Notes: generated by a model from the letters alone, not told the origin. Shown: positions 36,024 to 46,259, counted from the first letter of the stretch. The stretch is DNA of 64,000 bases from an uncultured Spirochaetota bacterium (GCA_963845535.1 CAWJSK010000013.1:247591-311590); one strand, 5' to 3'. Numbers and translations: made by a program.

Positions 36024-37022
36024 CTAAAAAAGGGACGTGAAGATAGAGGAAGGAACATTAACCGCGTTTGCAGTCATCTGCTCATAGAGCGAGTTCCAGT
36101 TAATTCGCGAGGAAAAGACATGTCTGGCTCGGAGCTTCCCCTTGTGCATGAATTGGAAGGGGATTGGCGGCCCGTCGTCCTTTCGGTCTGAGTCGCCGTC
36201 GTTTGCAAAGCGTCTTAGCTCTTGAACGAGGGGGGCGAGTCGTTTCGCACGGAACACCCTCGCAATATCATAGTTTTCGAGACCCAACCTCCGCGCGATT
36301 TCTGCAAAGTCTTTTGGGCCCCCCGGCCTACTGAGGAGTACAGGGTTCGCCTCGGGGGGAGCATCGGGTGGCGTGTTGTCGATCACAAGCTCATAGTCCT
36401 GCTCAAATACGTCGAGAAAGGCCATGAACACGCGGAACTCAATCCCGTCAGGATCGATGCTCTTCCTGGCAATAGCCTTAGTCAGTATCTCCACACCATA
36501 GGCTGATATTTTTGCACCGTCTTTGCGACGGAGGCCTCGCCAGAGGTAGTCGTCCTGCGGAATCTTGTCGTGGAGGGTGCGGACTTCTCCGTCGTCGTCT
36601 TCTTTCTGATCTTCCAACCTCGCGTCGAGGCTGAGGAATCGGCTGAGTTTGCTTTGTCCATACCTGCTCGTGCGTCTACGGCCGAACTTCTTGTATTCGT
36701 TCTGAATCTCTTGAAGCCCAATTCGTAGGACCTCAGAAAACGGAGTGTCGAGCGGAAGGCCCTCTATCCTTTTCAGCGCGGCAACGAGTAACTCGTCCCG
36801 GATATTCGCATCGTAGAACGGTCTTCGACGGGATTTGATTCGAGCCATATGGAGAAGAGCCGGGAGAATCTCGGACCACTCCGCGAGAGTGAGCCGCCCT
36901 CCTACTGGTGTAGTCCCGCTTTTTGGCGGAAGTTTGCAAAGATTTCTGTAAGAACTTTCTTCGGGTGCGCGTCGATGTAACGCGTACCCCTCGTCTGTGA
37001 TCCCCTGGTCAGTCCACTTCAA
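36024..37022 (-). CDS. Sigma-factor-like HTH protein
   Basis: 'SLDARLED..DDGEVRTLHDKIP' (region 3.2-like) and 'FAEIARRLGL' HTH. Confidence 0.5.
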   Translation of the reverse strand: MKWTDQGITDEGYALHRRAPEESSYRNLCKLPPKSGTTPVGGRLTLAEWSEILPALLHMARIKSRRRPFYDANIRDELLVAALKRIEGLPLDTPFSEVLRIGLQEIQNEYKKFGRRRTSRYGQSKLSRFLSLDARLEDQKEDDDGEVRTLHDKIPQDDYLWRGLRRKDGAKISAYGVEILTKAIARKSIDPDGIEFRVFMAFLDVFEQDYELVIDNTPPDAPPEANPVLLSRPGGPKDFAEIARRLGLENYDIARVFRAKRLAPLVQELRRFANDGDSDRKDDGPPIPFQFMHKGKLRARHVFSSRINWNSLYEQMTANAVNVPSSIFTSLF

Positions 37023-37130
37023 TCTGTTTTGCCCCTCTCATCGGGCAGTCTCAGCTTTGAAAAAGACGGACGAAACGCGGCTGAGATGTCCGCGCTTGTC
37101 GGGAGCTACCCTATCGTCCGTCAACTTCGC

Positions 37131-38273
37131 CTACTTCCACACCGCCTCTACAATCCCACGCGCGCCTTCCAGCTTCTTTATCTGGTCCAAGAGGGCAGGG
37201 TGATCGTAAAGTGCCGTCATTTCTGGGGTCTTGTGCCCGGTGAAAAGCCGCAGTATCTCCTCGGGGAGTACCGGGCGCATGATTGTGTTGTATGTGTGCC
37301 GAAGCGAATGCACGACCAAGTTTTTCCCGGTTGTCTTGCACTCGGCACGCGCCAACGCTCCGGGAAACCAGTCTGTGACAGTCTTTACGTTCAAAGGCTT
37401 GTCTGCCGCCATGCCGTAGAAGATCAAATGTTCGGGTTCCTTGAAAGGCGACTCTCCATGCCAAAGCCGGAGAATTGCCCGCGTGCGGGAGGGTAGGGCT
37501 ATCACTCGTTTGTCTTGTGTCTTGGTCGGCCCGATTGACCCGCCCATCTTGACGGCTCGCTCGACGAACAACCATCCGCCAGGGAGAACGTGACGCCACG
37601 CAAGAGCGCGGGCTTCACCCGACCGGATCCCCGTTGATGCCAGGGTCATGAATAGGGACGCGTACTCCAACGTCTTCCAGACTTCAAGCAATCTTGCCAG
37701 ATGGGGTTTTGGGAATAGCTTGTGCAGCTCGTCCATGGTGAGCGCATCCCGACTTCTATGATTCCGGGCAAGGGGTTCCGCTTCGGCCAGGGGATTGCTC
37801 GGGATGAGCTTCTCCGACTTCGCTTCTGACAGGACGATACGCAGAGTGTAGAGCATGTGATTCTTTGTTTGATTGGCGAGGTCCAGAGCCACGAGCCAAT
37901 TCTCGATCATGGGCCGCGTTAGCTCCGCGAGCCGCTTCTTGCCAAATTGAGGAAGGATGTAGTTGTCCAAATGAGCGCGCCGGGTCTTTGCTTGGTACTC
38001 TCCAAACTGCCGGCCCTTCGCATGCTGCCGCTTGATCCACGAGCAAACGTCCCACTTGAAAAAGTCCGCTGCGTACTCTTCGAGTCGGGGAGAGACTCCG
38101 GTGCCTTCGGCGAGTAGGTTGTCCGCGAATGTGCGAGCCCTGCCTATGGTCGTCTCACCAGAGGAAACCTTCGTCCGTTTGCCGGTGCGAGGATCGTAGA
38201 AGCGAACATAGTAGACGGTGCTGCCGTCTTTCGTGTTGACGGGCAGGAGCGTGTACTTTTCCCGATATCGCGT
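37131..38273 (-). CDS. int: Tyrosine integrase (380 aa if started at ACG)
   Basis: 'TGIRSGE', 'TKT', 'HSLRH', 'TGH', 'Y' catalytic set; frame open 101 codons upstream of the ORF-track start. Confidence 0.92.
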   Translation of the reverse strand, partial: TRYREKYTLLPVNTKDGSTVYYVRFYDPRTGKRTKVSSGETTIGRARTFADNLLAEGTGVSPRLEEYAADFFKWDVCSWIKRQHAKGRQFGEYQAKTRRAHLDNYILPQFGKKRLAELTRPMIENWLVALDLANQTKNHMLYTLRIVLSEAKSEKLIPSNPLAEAEPLARNHRSRDALTMDELHKLFPKPHLARLLEVWKTLEYASLFMTLASTGIRSGEARALAWRHVLPGGWLFVERAVKMGGSIGPTKTQDKRVIALPSRTRAILRLWHGESPFKEPEHLIFYGMAADKPLNVKTVTDWFPGALARAECKTTGKNLVVHSLRHTYNTIMRPVLPEEILRLFTGHKTPEMTALYDHPALLDQIKKLEGARGIVEAVWK

Positions 38274-38379
38274 GGCCTTTTCCTCCCAACGGTCCTACAT
38301 TTGGTCTTTCGTACTGTAGGGCCTTGGAAGGCAGTTGTCAACGATTTTCTAATTTGTTACGGAATATCAAGTTGGTTTA

Positions 38380-38453
38380 TGGGCAATGCGCGATTCGAAC
38401 GCGCGGCCTATGGCTCCGGAGGCCATCGCTCTATCCATCTGAGCTAATTGCCC
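38380..38453 (-). tRNA. tRNA-Arg(CCG)
   Basis: GGGCAATTAGCTCAG..ATGGC-CTCCGGA-GCCAT..GTTCGAATC..ATTGCCCA cloverleaf. Confidence 0.95.
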
Positions 38454-38541
38454 AAACGCCTGGATTCTGCAATCCTCCGTGCGTGCTTCCAAGCAAGCGC
38501 CCGATAGGCGCTTGAGCCAACGATACTTCGAAAGGTTGCAG

Positions 38542-40098
38542 GTGTCAACACAACCGTTTTCGCGGGTTCTCTGGGTCGTGCTTGACGGCATGGGTTTCGA
38601 GCATTTCACGCGCTCGCTCGGATCCGGCCGCCACCCGGCGATTTCCCGCGTGGGACGTGAGGGCTCCATTACCCCCATGCGTCCCGCCACGCCCGTCTGC
38701 CAGACCCCTCCGGCGCTGCTTGCGCTGTTCACCGGCACCCAACCCTCCCAGAACGGCGTCTGGGGGTACTACATGCCCCATCCGGACAGGATCGAGGGTT
38801 CGTTGAGCGGCTTCCATGCTGATATCGGACAAACCAGGACGATCTGGCAGGAGCTGGAAGAGCGGGGAGTAGGATACTCGCTGATGAACGTGGCATTCCG
38901 CAACGACCCCCTCTGGAAAGGACCCGCCGAACACCTCGTTCTCGGGTTCGACGGCTACCGGCTCTGGAAGAAACCCGCTCTGTATCGCCTGAAGGGCAGG
39001 ACGAGCATGATCGACTTCCGAGGCCTGCGCCTCCGCGTAAGCCGCGAACGCCGCAATCCCCAGTCAGTGAGCCTTTCAAAGGGCGCCTCCTTTCGCATCG
39101 ACGTTCCCGTCGGTGAGGGCCGCCTTGCCGCCATCACCCCGGGGGCACACGTGTTTGCACATCTTCTGGAGCGGGACCTGCTCCTTCTCAACCCCATGAA
39201 CAGCGTTACCTGCAGGGGGAGCGCCGTGGCGCGCATCGGCAGCAGCGAGTTTTTGGAAATGAGCGCCTTTCACGTTGGGCGCCGCCTCAACGCCGCCCGT
39301 GAATCCTTTCAACAAGTTCCGGTGGAGACGGAGCTTCTGGCCAGTCGCGTGAGCTTCCAGAGAAAAGCGGACCTCATGGTGGAACAAGCGCGCATCAAGG
39401 CCGCAAAGCTCGTGGTCGGCTACTTCCCCGTGGTGGACGACTTCAACCATCCTTATTTCGATCTCCTGCTGGGCGGAGATGGTCGGGCTGAAGCGCTCTT
39501 CCATGGATGCATCGAGATGGTGGACGCCCTCCTGAGCCGGCTGATGGAGGAAATGGAAAACGACGAGCTCCTCGTTCTATCGTCGGATCATGGCGCGATG
39601 GCGTACCATTCCATGCTTTATATCAACGAAGCCCTGGCGGACGCGGGCCTTGTGCGGCGCGCCGCCGGCCGGTATGACTTCAGCAGGTCGCTGGCGTGGT
39701 ATCATCCCAGCGATTGCGGGCTGGTGGTCGCGCACAACCCAGCGGAGAAGGGACCTCTCCTCGGACGAGTCATGGCAGTGCTCGACCGGCTGAACGCAGA
39801 TCACGGTGCTGACATTGGCGCCACGGAAGGGGAGGCCGGTTCTCCTTTTCTGGCGTTTCTCTACCCGAAAGGGGACATGTATTTCAGCGGCAGGCCGCCT
39901 CGCAAGAACGGCGGACCTCTGGATACGCGCAGGTCGGGAGGGCACCACCTCTCACCTCTCAGTCCGACGCCGTGGATCCAGGCGGCCCTGGGGCTCTGGA
40001 GTCCCGCTCAAGGTCGGGTGCCGGGCGGCCTGCCGTTCGAACCGAAAGAAAACGTCGAGATGAAGGGATTCCTCATGCAGGCAATGGGTTTGCAATAA
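38542..40098 (+). CDS. Alkaline-phosphatase superfamily (NPP-type) protein
   Basis: 'VLDG', 'QTPP..LFTG..P..NGV', 'D..NH', 'SSDHG'. Confidence 0.75.
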   Translation: MSTQPFSRVLWVVLDGMGFEHFTRSLGSGRHPAISRVGREGSITPMRPATPVCQTPPALLALFTGTQPSQNGVWGYYMPHPDRIEGSLSGFHADIGQTRTIWQELEERGVGYSLMNVAFRNDPLWKGPAEHLVLGFDGYRLWKKPALYRLKGRTSMIDFRGLRLRVSRERRNPQSVSLSKGASFRIDVPVGEGRLAAITPGAHVFAHLLERDLLLLNPMNSVTCRGSAVARIGSSEFLEMSAFHVGRRLNAARESFQQVPVETELLASRVSFQRKADLMVEQARIKAAKLVVGYFPVVDDFNHPYFDLLLGGDGRAEALFHGCIEMVDALLSRLMEEMENDELLVLSSDHGAMAYHSMLYINEALADAGLVRRAAGRYDFSRSLAWYHPSDCGLVVAHNPAEKGPLLGRVMAVLDRLNADHGADIGATEGEAGSPFLAFLYPKGDMYFSGRPPRKNGGPLDTRRSGGHHLSPLSPTPWIQAALGLWSPAQGRVPGGLPFEPKENVEMKGFLMQAMGLQ

Positions 40099-40112
40099 AT
40101 GGAGTTGTCATA

Positions 40113-40694
40113 ATGGAGACGATCATTCTTGCTTCGGGCTCGCCACGCCGCAAAGAGCTGCTGGTAAAGGCAAAGATGCCCGTGAAGGTCATCCCGCCGG
40201 AGCTCATCGAAGATTATTCCGCTTCAGCTTCCGTGGGGGACCTGGTTTCCCGGGTCGCGCGCAGCAAGGTGGACGCGGTGGTTGAGCTTTTCAAGTCCGA
40301 ATCCCCGCGGTGGGTCCTCGGCGTCGACACGATCGTCGAGGTGGATGGGAAAGTCCTCGGCAAGCCGGACGGTCCCGAAGAGGCGCGCACCATGCTCAGC
40401 ATGCTCTCCGGCAAGGTGCACAGGGTCTATTCAGGAATCGTGGTGCTGGTGGACAAGGTGAAGCCCGCGGAGGCGGAGGTGGTCTGCACGGAGGTGAAGT
40501 TCAAGGCGTTGACGCCCGCGGAGATGGCCTGGTACCTGGAGTGCGGGGAATGGTCAGGGGCGGCGGGCGCATATCGCATCCAGGAAAGGGGCGCATTCTT
40601 CGTGGACTGGCTCAAAGGGTCGTACAGCAACGTCGTAGGCTTGCCACTGGAAGCGTTTTATGGCATCTTGATGAGGAACGAGTACCGTTTTTAG
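40113..40694 (+). CDS. maf: Maf nucleotide pyrophosphatase
   Basis: '[13 protein letters not shown]', 'DTIV', 'AGAY.IQ'. Confidence 0.9.
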   Translation: METIILASGSPRRKELLVKAKMPVKVIPPELIEDYSASASVGDLVSRVARSKVDAVVELFKSESPRWVLGVDTIVEVDGKVLGKPDGPEEARTMLSMLSGKVHRVYSGIVVLVDKVKPAEAEVVCTEVKFKALTPAEMAWYLECGEWSGAAGAYRIQERGAFFVDWLKGSYSNVVGLPLEAFYGILMRNEYRF

Positions 40695-40762
40695 CCCTTT
40701 CATCTCACCCGTCCGTCTGGAAATGGGTGTATAAGCCAGGAAGAGAGGGGAAGGAGGAACCT

Positions 40763-41728
40763 TTGGCTGTCGTCACAATGAAAAACCTCCTCGAGTCAGG
40801 TGTCCATTTCGGGCATCAGACCAAGAGGTGGGATCCGCGGATGAAGAAATACATCTTCGCGGAGCGCAACGGAATCCACATCATCGATCTCCAGAAGACA
40901 ATTGTCGCCATCAAGGACGCCTATGAGGCGGTGCGCAAGACCGTGCTTGCCGGCAAGTCGGTCCTTTTCGTCGGCACCAAGAAACAGGCGCAGCAGACCG
41001 TGGAGCGTGAAGCCAAGCGGTGCAACATGTTCTTTGTGAACAACCGGTGGCTCGGCGGGATGCTCACGAACTACTCCACCATCAAGAAGTCGCTCTTGAG
41101 GCTGAAGAAGCTGGAGAAGATGGAGATTGATGGCACCTTCGAGAACCTGACCAAGAAGGAAATTGCCAGGCTCATGAAGGAGCGGGGCAAGCTCGAGAAG
41201 AACCTTGGCGGAATCAAGGAGATGAAAGAGCTGCCCGGGATCGTGTTCATCATTGACACCCGCAAGGAATCCATAGCCGTGACGGAAGCCAGGAAGGTAA
41301 ACGTTCCCATCGTCGCCGTCGTCGACACGAACTGCAACCCGGAGGGGATCACCTTCCCCATCCCTGGTAATGATGACGCAATCCGCGCCATCAACCTCTT
41401 TGCGCAAATCATCGCCAACGCAGTGATCGAGGCGGAGAACGAGGTGGGCCTGGAAGTCGTGGAGACGCTCCAGGAGGAAAAGGGAGAGGAAGAGTTCGCG
41501 GAGGCCATCGACAAGGGCGAGTTCGCTGCTCAGTCCAAGTACGACCAGGAGGAAGAGAAGGTGCCGGTTGCCGCGGTGCTGGGTGCCTCCGCGGAGGAAG
41601 GTTCCAGCGGCTTTACGGACAAGGATTATTCCAACTACAACCCTGAAGAGGCGGCGGCAGCGGCAAAGAAGGAAGAGACGCCTCCCGAAGAGCCGGAAAT
41701 CGATGAGGACAAGCTGTACAAGGAGTGA
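40763..41728 (+). CDS. rpsB: 30S ribosomal protein S2
   Basis: '[12 protein letters not shown]', 'PGNDDAIRA'; TTG start after AGGAGG. Confidence 0.97.
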   Translation: MAVVTMKNLLESGVHFGHQTKRWDPRMKKYIFAERNGIHIIDLQKTIVAIKDAYEAVRKTVLAGKSVLFVGTKKQAQQTVEREAKRCNMFFVNNRWLGGMLTNYSTIKKSLLRLKKLEKMEIDGTFENLTKKEIARLMKERGKLEKNLGGIKEMKELPGIVFIIDTRKESIAVTEARKVNVPIVAVVDTNCNPEGITFPIPGNDDAIRAINLFAQIIANAVIEAENEVGLEVVETLQEEKGEEEFAEAIDKGEFAAQSKYDQEEEKVPVAAVLGASAEEGSSGFTDKDYSNYNPEEAAAAAKKEETPPEEPEIDEDKLYKE

Positions 41729-41740
41729 GAGATAGAATCG

Positions 41741-42583
41741 ATGGAAATCAAGGCAACTGACGTCAAGAAGCTCCGGGAGAAGACCGGAGCGGGAATGTTG
41801 GACTGCAAGAATGCGCTCGTCAAGGCTGCCGGAGACTTTGAGGCAGCGGAGCGCCTGCTCAAGGAGCAGGGGCTGGCCGCGGCGCTCAAGAAGAGCGAAC
41901 GAGTCACAAACGCTGGGATGATCTTCTCCAAGATGACCCCGGACAAGGGCATCATGCTGGAGCTTACGAGTGAGACGGATTTCGTGGCCCGCAACAGCCT
42001 CTTCCAGGAGCTTGGCAACGCCCTGGTTGCCAAGGTGGCGGAGAAGAACCTCTCCTCGGCCACCGAAGAGCTCCAGACCATGGTCAAGGAAGCGGTGGGG
42101 AAGATCAAGGAGAACATGCAGCTTCGCCGGATCATCACCCTGCCGGTCGGACCGAATGAATCCCTTGTGGAATACATCCATGACGGGCGCATCGGCGTAA
42201 TGATTCGCTTCTCTTTCAGTGAGCCGAAGGCAAAGGACAACCCGGCGGTGAAGCCCGTGCTGTTCGACTGCGCGCTTCACGCGGCGGCGTTTGCGCCTTT
42301 GTTCCTTTCCAAGGACAAGATACCCCCTGAGTTCCTCAAGGAGCAGGAGGAGATATTCGCCAAACAGGCGGAGAACCTGAACAAGCCGGCGAACGTCCTC
42401 CAGGGAATCATCAAGGGGAAGTTGAACAAGATGCTCTCTGAGGTCTGTTTCCTGGACCAGCCTTTCGTGAAAGATGACAAGCGCTCCGTGGGCAAGGTGC
42501 TTGATGACCTTGGCAAGCAGGTTGGGGCAAAGATCACAATCGTCGACTACCGCTACGTGAAGCTGGGCGAAGAGCATTCCTGA
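41741..42583 (+). CDS. tsf: Elongation factor Ts
   Basis: 'LREKTGAGMLDCK', 'ETDFVA'. Confidence 0.97.
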   Translation: MEIKATDVKKLREKTGAGMLDCKNALVKAAGDFEAAERLLKEQGLAAALKKSERVTNAGMIFSKMTPDKGIMLELTSETDFVARNSLFQELGNALVAKVAEKNLSSATEELQTMVKEAVGKIKENMQLRRIITLPVGPNESLVEYIHDGRIGVMIRFSFSEPKAKDNPAVKPVLFDCALHAAAFAPLFLSKDKIPPEFLKEQEEIFAKQAENLNKPANVLQGIIKGKLNKMLSEVCFLDQPFVKDDKRSVGKVLDDLGKQVGAKITIVDYRYVKLGEEHS

Positions 42584-42596
42584 AGGAGGATCTCGT

Positions 42597-43157
42597 ATGC
42601 CGAGAGACAAGATCAGGGGCCAGGCGGAAGAGCGGATGAAGAAAAGCATCCAGGCCCTGCAGGAGGAGTTCAAGACGCTCCGCGGAAGCAGGGCCTCGCA
42701 GGCGCTTTTCGAGAAGATTCGCGTGGAGTACTACGGCAACAAGGTCCCCTTGAACCAGGTCGCCACCATCTCCATCCCCGAGGCGCGCCTCGTCATCATC
42801 CAGCCCTGGGACCGGTCCGTCCTGTCGGAAATCGAGAAAGCCATTCAGAAGTCGGAGCTGTCCGTCAATCCGAACAACGACGGAAAGGTGATCAGGATCA
42901 GCATCCCTCCCCTCACGGAGGACAGACGCAAGGAACTGGTGAAGCTTACGAAGAACACGGCGGAGCAGTCGCGCATCGCCGTGCGCAACGCGCGCCGGGA
43001 TGCCAATGAGGAAGTCAAGAAAGCCAAGACGGACTCCGAGCTGAGCGAGGATGAAGCCAAGAAGGCCACGGATGAGATCCAAAAGCTCACCGACAAGTAC
43101 ATCGAGGAGATCAACAAGGTCCTCGAGGCCAAGGAAAAGGAAATCCTCGAGGTGTGA
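42597..43157 (+). CDS. frr: Ribosome recycling factor
   Basis: 'VEYYG..PLNQVA', 'PPLTEDRRKEL'. Confidence 0.97.
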   Translation: MPRDKIRGQAEERMKKSIQALQEEFKTLRGSRASQALFEKIRVEYYGNKVPLNQVATISIPEARLVIIQPWDRSVLSEIEKAIQKSELSVNPNNDGKVIRISIPPLTEDRRKELVKLTKNTAEQSRIAVRNARRDANEEVKKAKTDSELSEDEAKKATDEIQKLTDKYIEEINKVLEAKEKEILEV

Positions 43158-43894
43158 GAGCCTCGTCGGCCCCGGAACCAGGCCCGTCCGAAGCCCCTCC
43201 TGACCCGTCCCATCTGCCCCGTCACATCGGGATCATCATGGATGGCAACGGCAGATGGGCCCAGAAAAAGGGCCGGCCGCGGTCGGAGGGACATCTGGAG
43301 GGAGTCAAAGCCGCGAAGCGGGTCGTGGCGGCGGCGTCGGAGCTCGGGCTCGCGTTTCTCAGCCTGTACACATTTTCCACGGAGAACTGGAACCGGGCGC
43401 GGGAGGAAGTGTCCTATCTGATGGGGCTGATAGGGCTCTACCTCAAAAAAGAGTACGACTTCTATCGGCGCAACCGAATTCGAATTGTCCACAGCGGAGA
43501 CATGCAACGGCTCCCGGCGGAGATCGCCCGGGAAATCCAGGACGTCACCCGTGACACGGCAGGGTTCGAAGGCCTGACGGTGAACCTTACCATCAACTAC
43601 GGCGGCAGGGACGAGATCATCCGCGCGTTCCATCGGCACCTGGCCAACGGCTCCCACGGGCCGCTTACCGAAGAGGGCTTTCGCCAGTACCTCGATCACC
43701 CCGAGCTGCCGGACCCTGACCTGATCATCCGCACGGCGAACGAGCAGCGCCTGTCCAATTTCCTCCTGTGGGAGTCGGCCTACGCGGAGCTGTACTTCAG
43801 CCCGAAGTTATGGCCTGATTGGGACGGTAGCGACCTTCGGGCGGCCTTGGCGGAGTACGCGCGCCGTACCAGGACATTCGGCGGTTCACAGTGA
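43154..43894 (+). CDS. uppS: Undecaprenyl diphosphate synthase
   Basis: 'IMDGNGRWA', 'FSTENW', 'RLSNFLLW'. Confidence 0.95.
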   Translation: MRASSAPEPGPSEAPPDPSHLPRHIGIIMDGNGRWAQKKGRPRSEGHLEGVKAAKRVVAAASELGLAFLSLYTFSTENWNRAREEVSYLMGLIGLYLKKEYDFYRRNRIRIVHSGDMQRLPAEIAREIQDVTRDTAGFEGLTVNLTINYGGRDEIIRAFHRHLANGSHGPLTEEGFRQYLDHPELPDPDLIIRTANEQRLSNFLLWESAYAELYFSPKLWPDWDGSDLRAALAEYARRTRTFGGSQ

Positions 43895-44739
43895 ACTGGA
43901 AGTCTTTCTCCTCACGCCTGCTCCTCGTCGTTGTTGCCTTCCCGGTCCTCGGGGTGCTCATCTTCCTCGCGCCGGGGCTGCATCTGCTTCCTTACACTAT
44001 CGCGGTGGTTGCGGCGAGCGTCGTTGGAGCCCTTGAGACCCGGGGGCTTTTCCGCGCTCGGGGAATCACCACAACTCCGTACCTGGCCCCGTTTCTGGCA
44101 GGGACCCTCCCGCTTTCGGTATGGCTGGAAGTGACGGGGATGATCCCCTCGGGGTGGGCGCGGGCCTGGCTTGTGGCGTGCATTGGGGTCATCCTGGTTC
44201 GCGCAACCCTGCAGAAAGACGCCCGGCGCATCGAAGAGTTTCTTTCCTTCACGTCGTCCTCTGTTTTCATCCTGCTGTATCCATCGTATTTTCTCTCATG
44301 GGTTGTACGCTTCACGGCGCTGCCGCAGCCGTCGCTGTCCATCCTTCTTTTTCTCGGCCTCGTGTTCGGCAACGACATGGCCGCCTACTTCGCGGGAAGC
44401 CTCTGGGGCGGCTCCACGCAGTTGAACCTGGCGATAAGCCCCCAGAAGAGCGTGGTGGGGTTCATTGCCGGGCTCATGGGCACGGGGATCATCTACACGA
44501 TCTTCCGTCTCGCTGTGCCCTCTCTTCTGCCGGCAAGCCTCGGGGGAGCAACCGTTTTCTGTCTGGTGGTGGGCGTTTCCGTGATTCTCGGGGACCTCGT
44601 GGAAAGCGGCCTCAAGCGATCGGCGCGCGTCAAGGACTCCGGGATCATCATACCCGGAAGAGGCGGGCTGCTGGATTCCATCGACTCGATGCTCTTGAGC
44701 GCGCCACTTTTCTACGGGCTGATGCGGCTTTTCCGGTAG
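43891..44739 (+). CDS. cdsA: Phosphatidate cytidylyltransferase
   Basis: 'ISPQKS', 'GDLVESGLKR..VKDSG..IPGRGGLLD'. Confidence 0.92.
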   Translation: MNWKSFSSRLLLVVVAFPVLGVLIFLAPGLHLLPYTIAVVAASVVGALETRGLFRARGITTTPYLAPFLAGTLPLSVWLEVTGMIPSGWARAWLVACIGVILVRATLQKDARRIEEFLSFTSSSVFILLYPSYFLSWVVRFTALPQPSLSILLFLGLVFGNDMAAYFAGSLWGGSTQLNLAISPQKSVVGFIAGLMGTGIIYTIFRLAVPSLLPASLGGATVFCLVVGVSVILGDLVESGLKRSARVKDSGIIIPGRGGLLDSIDSMLLSAPLFYGLMRLFR

Positions 44740-44802
44740 GGGACGAGGAAGGCGGCTTTTCGTCCGTATCTTTGCGTAGACAATGGTGAATAAGGACGGT
44801 TC

Positions 44803-46257
44803 ATGATGATTGGCATATTCCTGCTGGGGCTGATAGGGCTCGGGATCATGGTGTTCGTCCATGAGCTGGGCCATTTCGTGGCTGCCAAAGCCAACGGCGT
44901 GGTCGTGGAGACGTTCTCCCTCGGATGGGGGCCGCGGCTCATAGGGTTCAAGCGAGGGGGAACGGTCTACCAGATCTCCTGGTTCCCCATCGGCGGATTC
45001 TGCAAGATGAAGGGGGAGATCACTCCGGGCGTGGCTGGAGGAAGCAACCCCGCGGGGACGACCCCGGCTGAGACAACACCCGCGGGGACAACCCACGGGG
45101 AGACAACCGCTGCCGCGGAGGCGTCGAGAGGTTCGTTCAACGCCGCTGCGCCATGGAGGCGGATCATCATCTCGGCTGCGGGACCTGTTTTCAACCTGAT
45201 CTTTGCCGGCGTCATCCTGACGCTCATCTGGTGGGCGGGGTTCAATGTGTATTCGTATGAAAACCGCATCGTCCTGGCCACGGACTACCACCTCGACTCT
45301 TCGTCGTCGCAGGTCCTGCCGGCGAACGCGGCAGGACTCGAAACGGGTGACCGCATCCTCGCCATCGACGGCGAGCCCGTGGAGAACTACCAGGGAATCC
45401 AGGAAAAAGTGTCCGTTGCTCCCAACAAGAAGCTGCTGTTCTCCGTGGCGCGGCAGGAGAACGGGACCACCCGCGGTTTCGACGTCGCCGTCACACCGTT
45501 TCTGGACAAGGATTCCGGAGCGGGACACATCGGCATTCTCCCGTGGGTGGACCCCGTGGTCGACTCCGTTGCCAAGGGATCTGCCGCGCTCGTAGCGGGC
45601 ATCCGCACGGGAGACCGCATTGTGGCAATCAACGGGAAGCCGGTTGCCAACATCTGGGACATGCTGCCGGCCGTCTCCACGAGCCCGGGAAAAGTGACAA
45701 TCGATATTGATCGGCAAGGGGTCGTGCAGAGCGTCCCTATGGTATTCGAGAGGACCTCCAACCCCGGCACGGACTTTGCCGAAAAGCTGTTGGGCATCGG
45801 GTTTGCCCCTCTCAAGTACCACTCTCCACGGCTGAGGCTTGCGGGAGCGTTCGAGCATGGAATGGCGGAAACGGCAAACTACGCGGCCCTGACGGTGAAG
45901 GGATTCGGCCTCCTCTTCCAGGGCATCAACCTTCGCAACGCCATTGCAGGCCCCTTGAAGATCACGTACTACATCGGGAGCGCGGCGGCAAGCGGATTCC
46001 AGATGGGCCTGCGCGTCGGTCTCGTGTCCTCATTCCAGCTCCTTGCATTCCTGAGCGTGGTTCTCTTCCTGATGAACCTGCTCCCCATTCCCGCCATGGA
46101 CGGGGGCCAGATCGTCATTTTCCTGGTGGAGATCGTGCGGGGGAAGGCGGTTCCCGCCAACCTTTTCTGGAGGATCCAGATCATCGGGTTCTCCATCCTC
46201 ATTGGGCTTATAGCGGTCGTGACCCTCAATGATATACTCTCATTCCCAGGACGGTAG
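44803..46257 (+). CDS. rseP: RIP metalloprotease RseP
   Basis: 'HELGH', PDZ domains, 'NLLPIPAMDGG'. Confidence 0.95.
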   Translation: MMIGIFLLGLIGLGIMVFVHELGHFVAAKANGVVVETFSLGWGPRLIGFKRGGTVYQISWFPIGGFCKMKGEITPGVAGGSNPAGTTPAETTPAGTTHGETTAAAEASRGSFNAAAPWRRIIISAAGPVFNLIFAGVILTLIWWAGFNVYSYENRIVLATDYHLDSSSSQVLPANAAGLETGDRILAIDGEPVENYQGIQEKVSVAPNKKLLFSVARQENGTTRGFDVAVTPFLDKDSGAGHIGILPWVDPVVDSVAKGSAALVAGIRTGDRIVAINGKPVANIWDMLPAVSTSPGKVTIDIDRQGVVQSVPMVFERTSNPGTDFAEKLLGIGFAPLKYHSPRLRLAGAFEHGMAETANYAALTVKGFGLLFQGINLRNAIAGPLKITYYIGSAAASGFQMGLRVGLVSSFQLLAFLSVVLFLMNLLPIPAMDGGQIVIFLVEIVRGKAVPANLFWRIQIIGFSILIGLIAVVTLNDILSFPGR

Positions 46258-46259
46258 CC

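Larger units (their letters stand above)
24947..38423. mobile_element. 13.4-kb tRNA-Arg-integrated phage-satellite-like element
   Basis: Flanking 45-bp repeats, integrase beside the tRNA, Xis, Rep and TerS-like genes, lower GC, no virion genes recognised. Confidence 0.88.

Noticed and set aside
24947..38423. Complete prophage or ICE
   Set aside because: No recognisable capsid, portal, TerL, tail, lysin, relaxase or T4SS genes.
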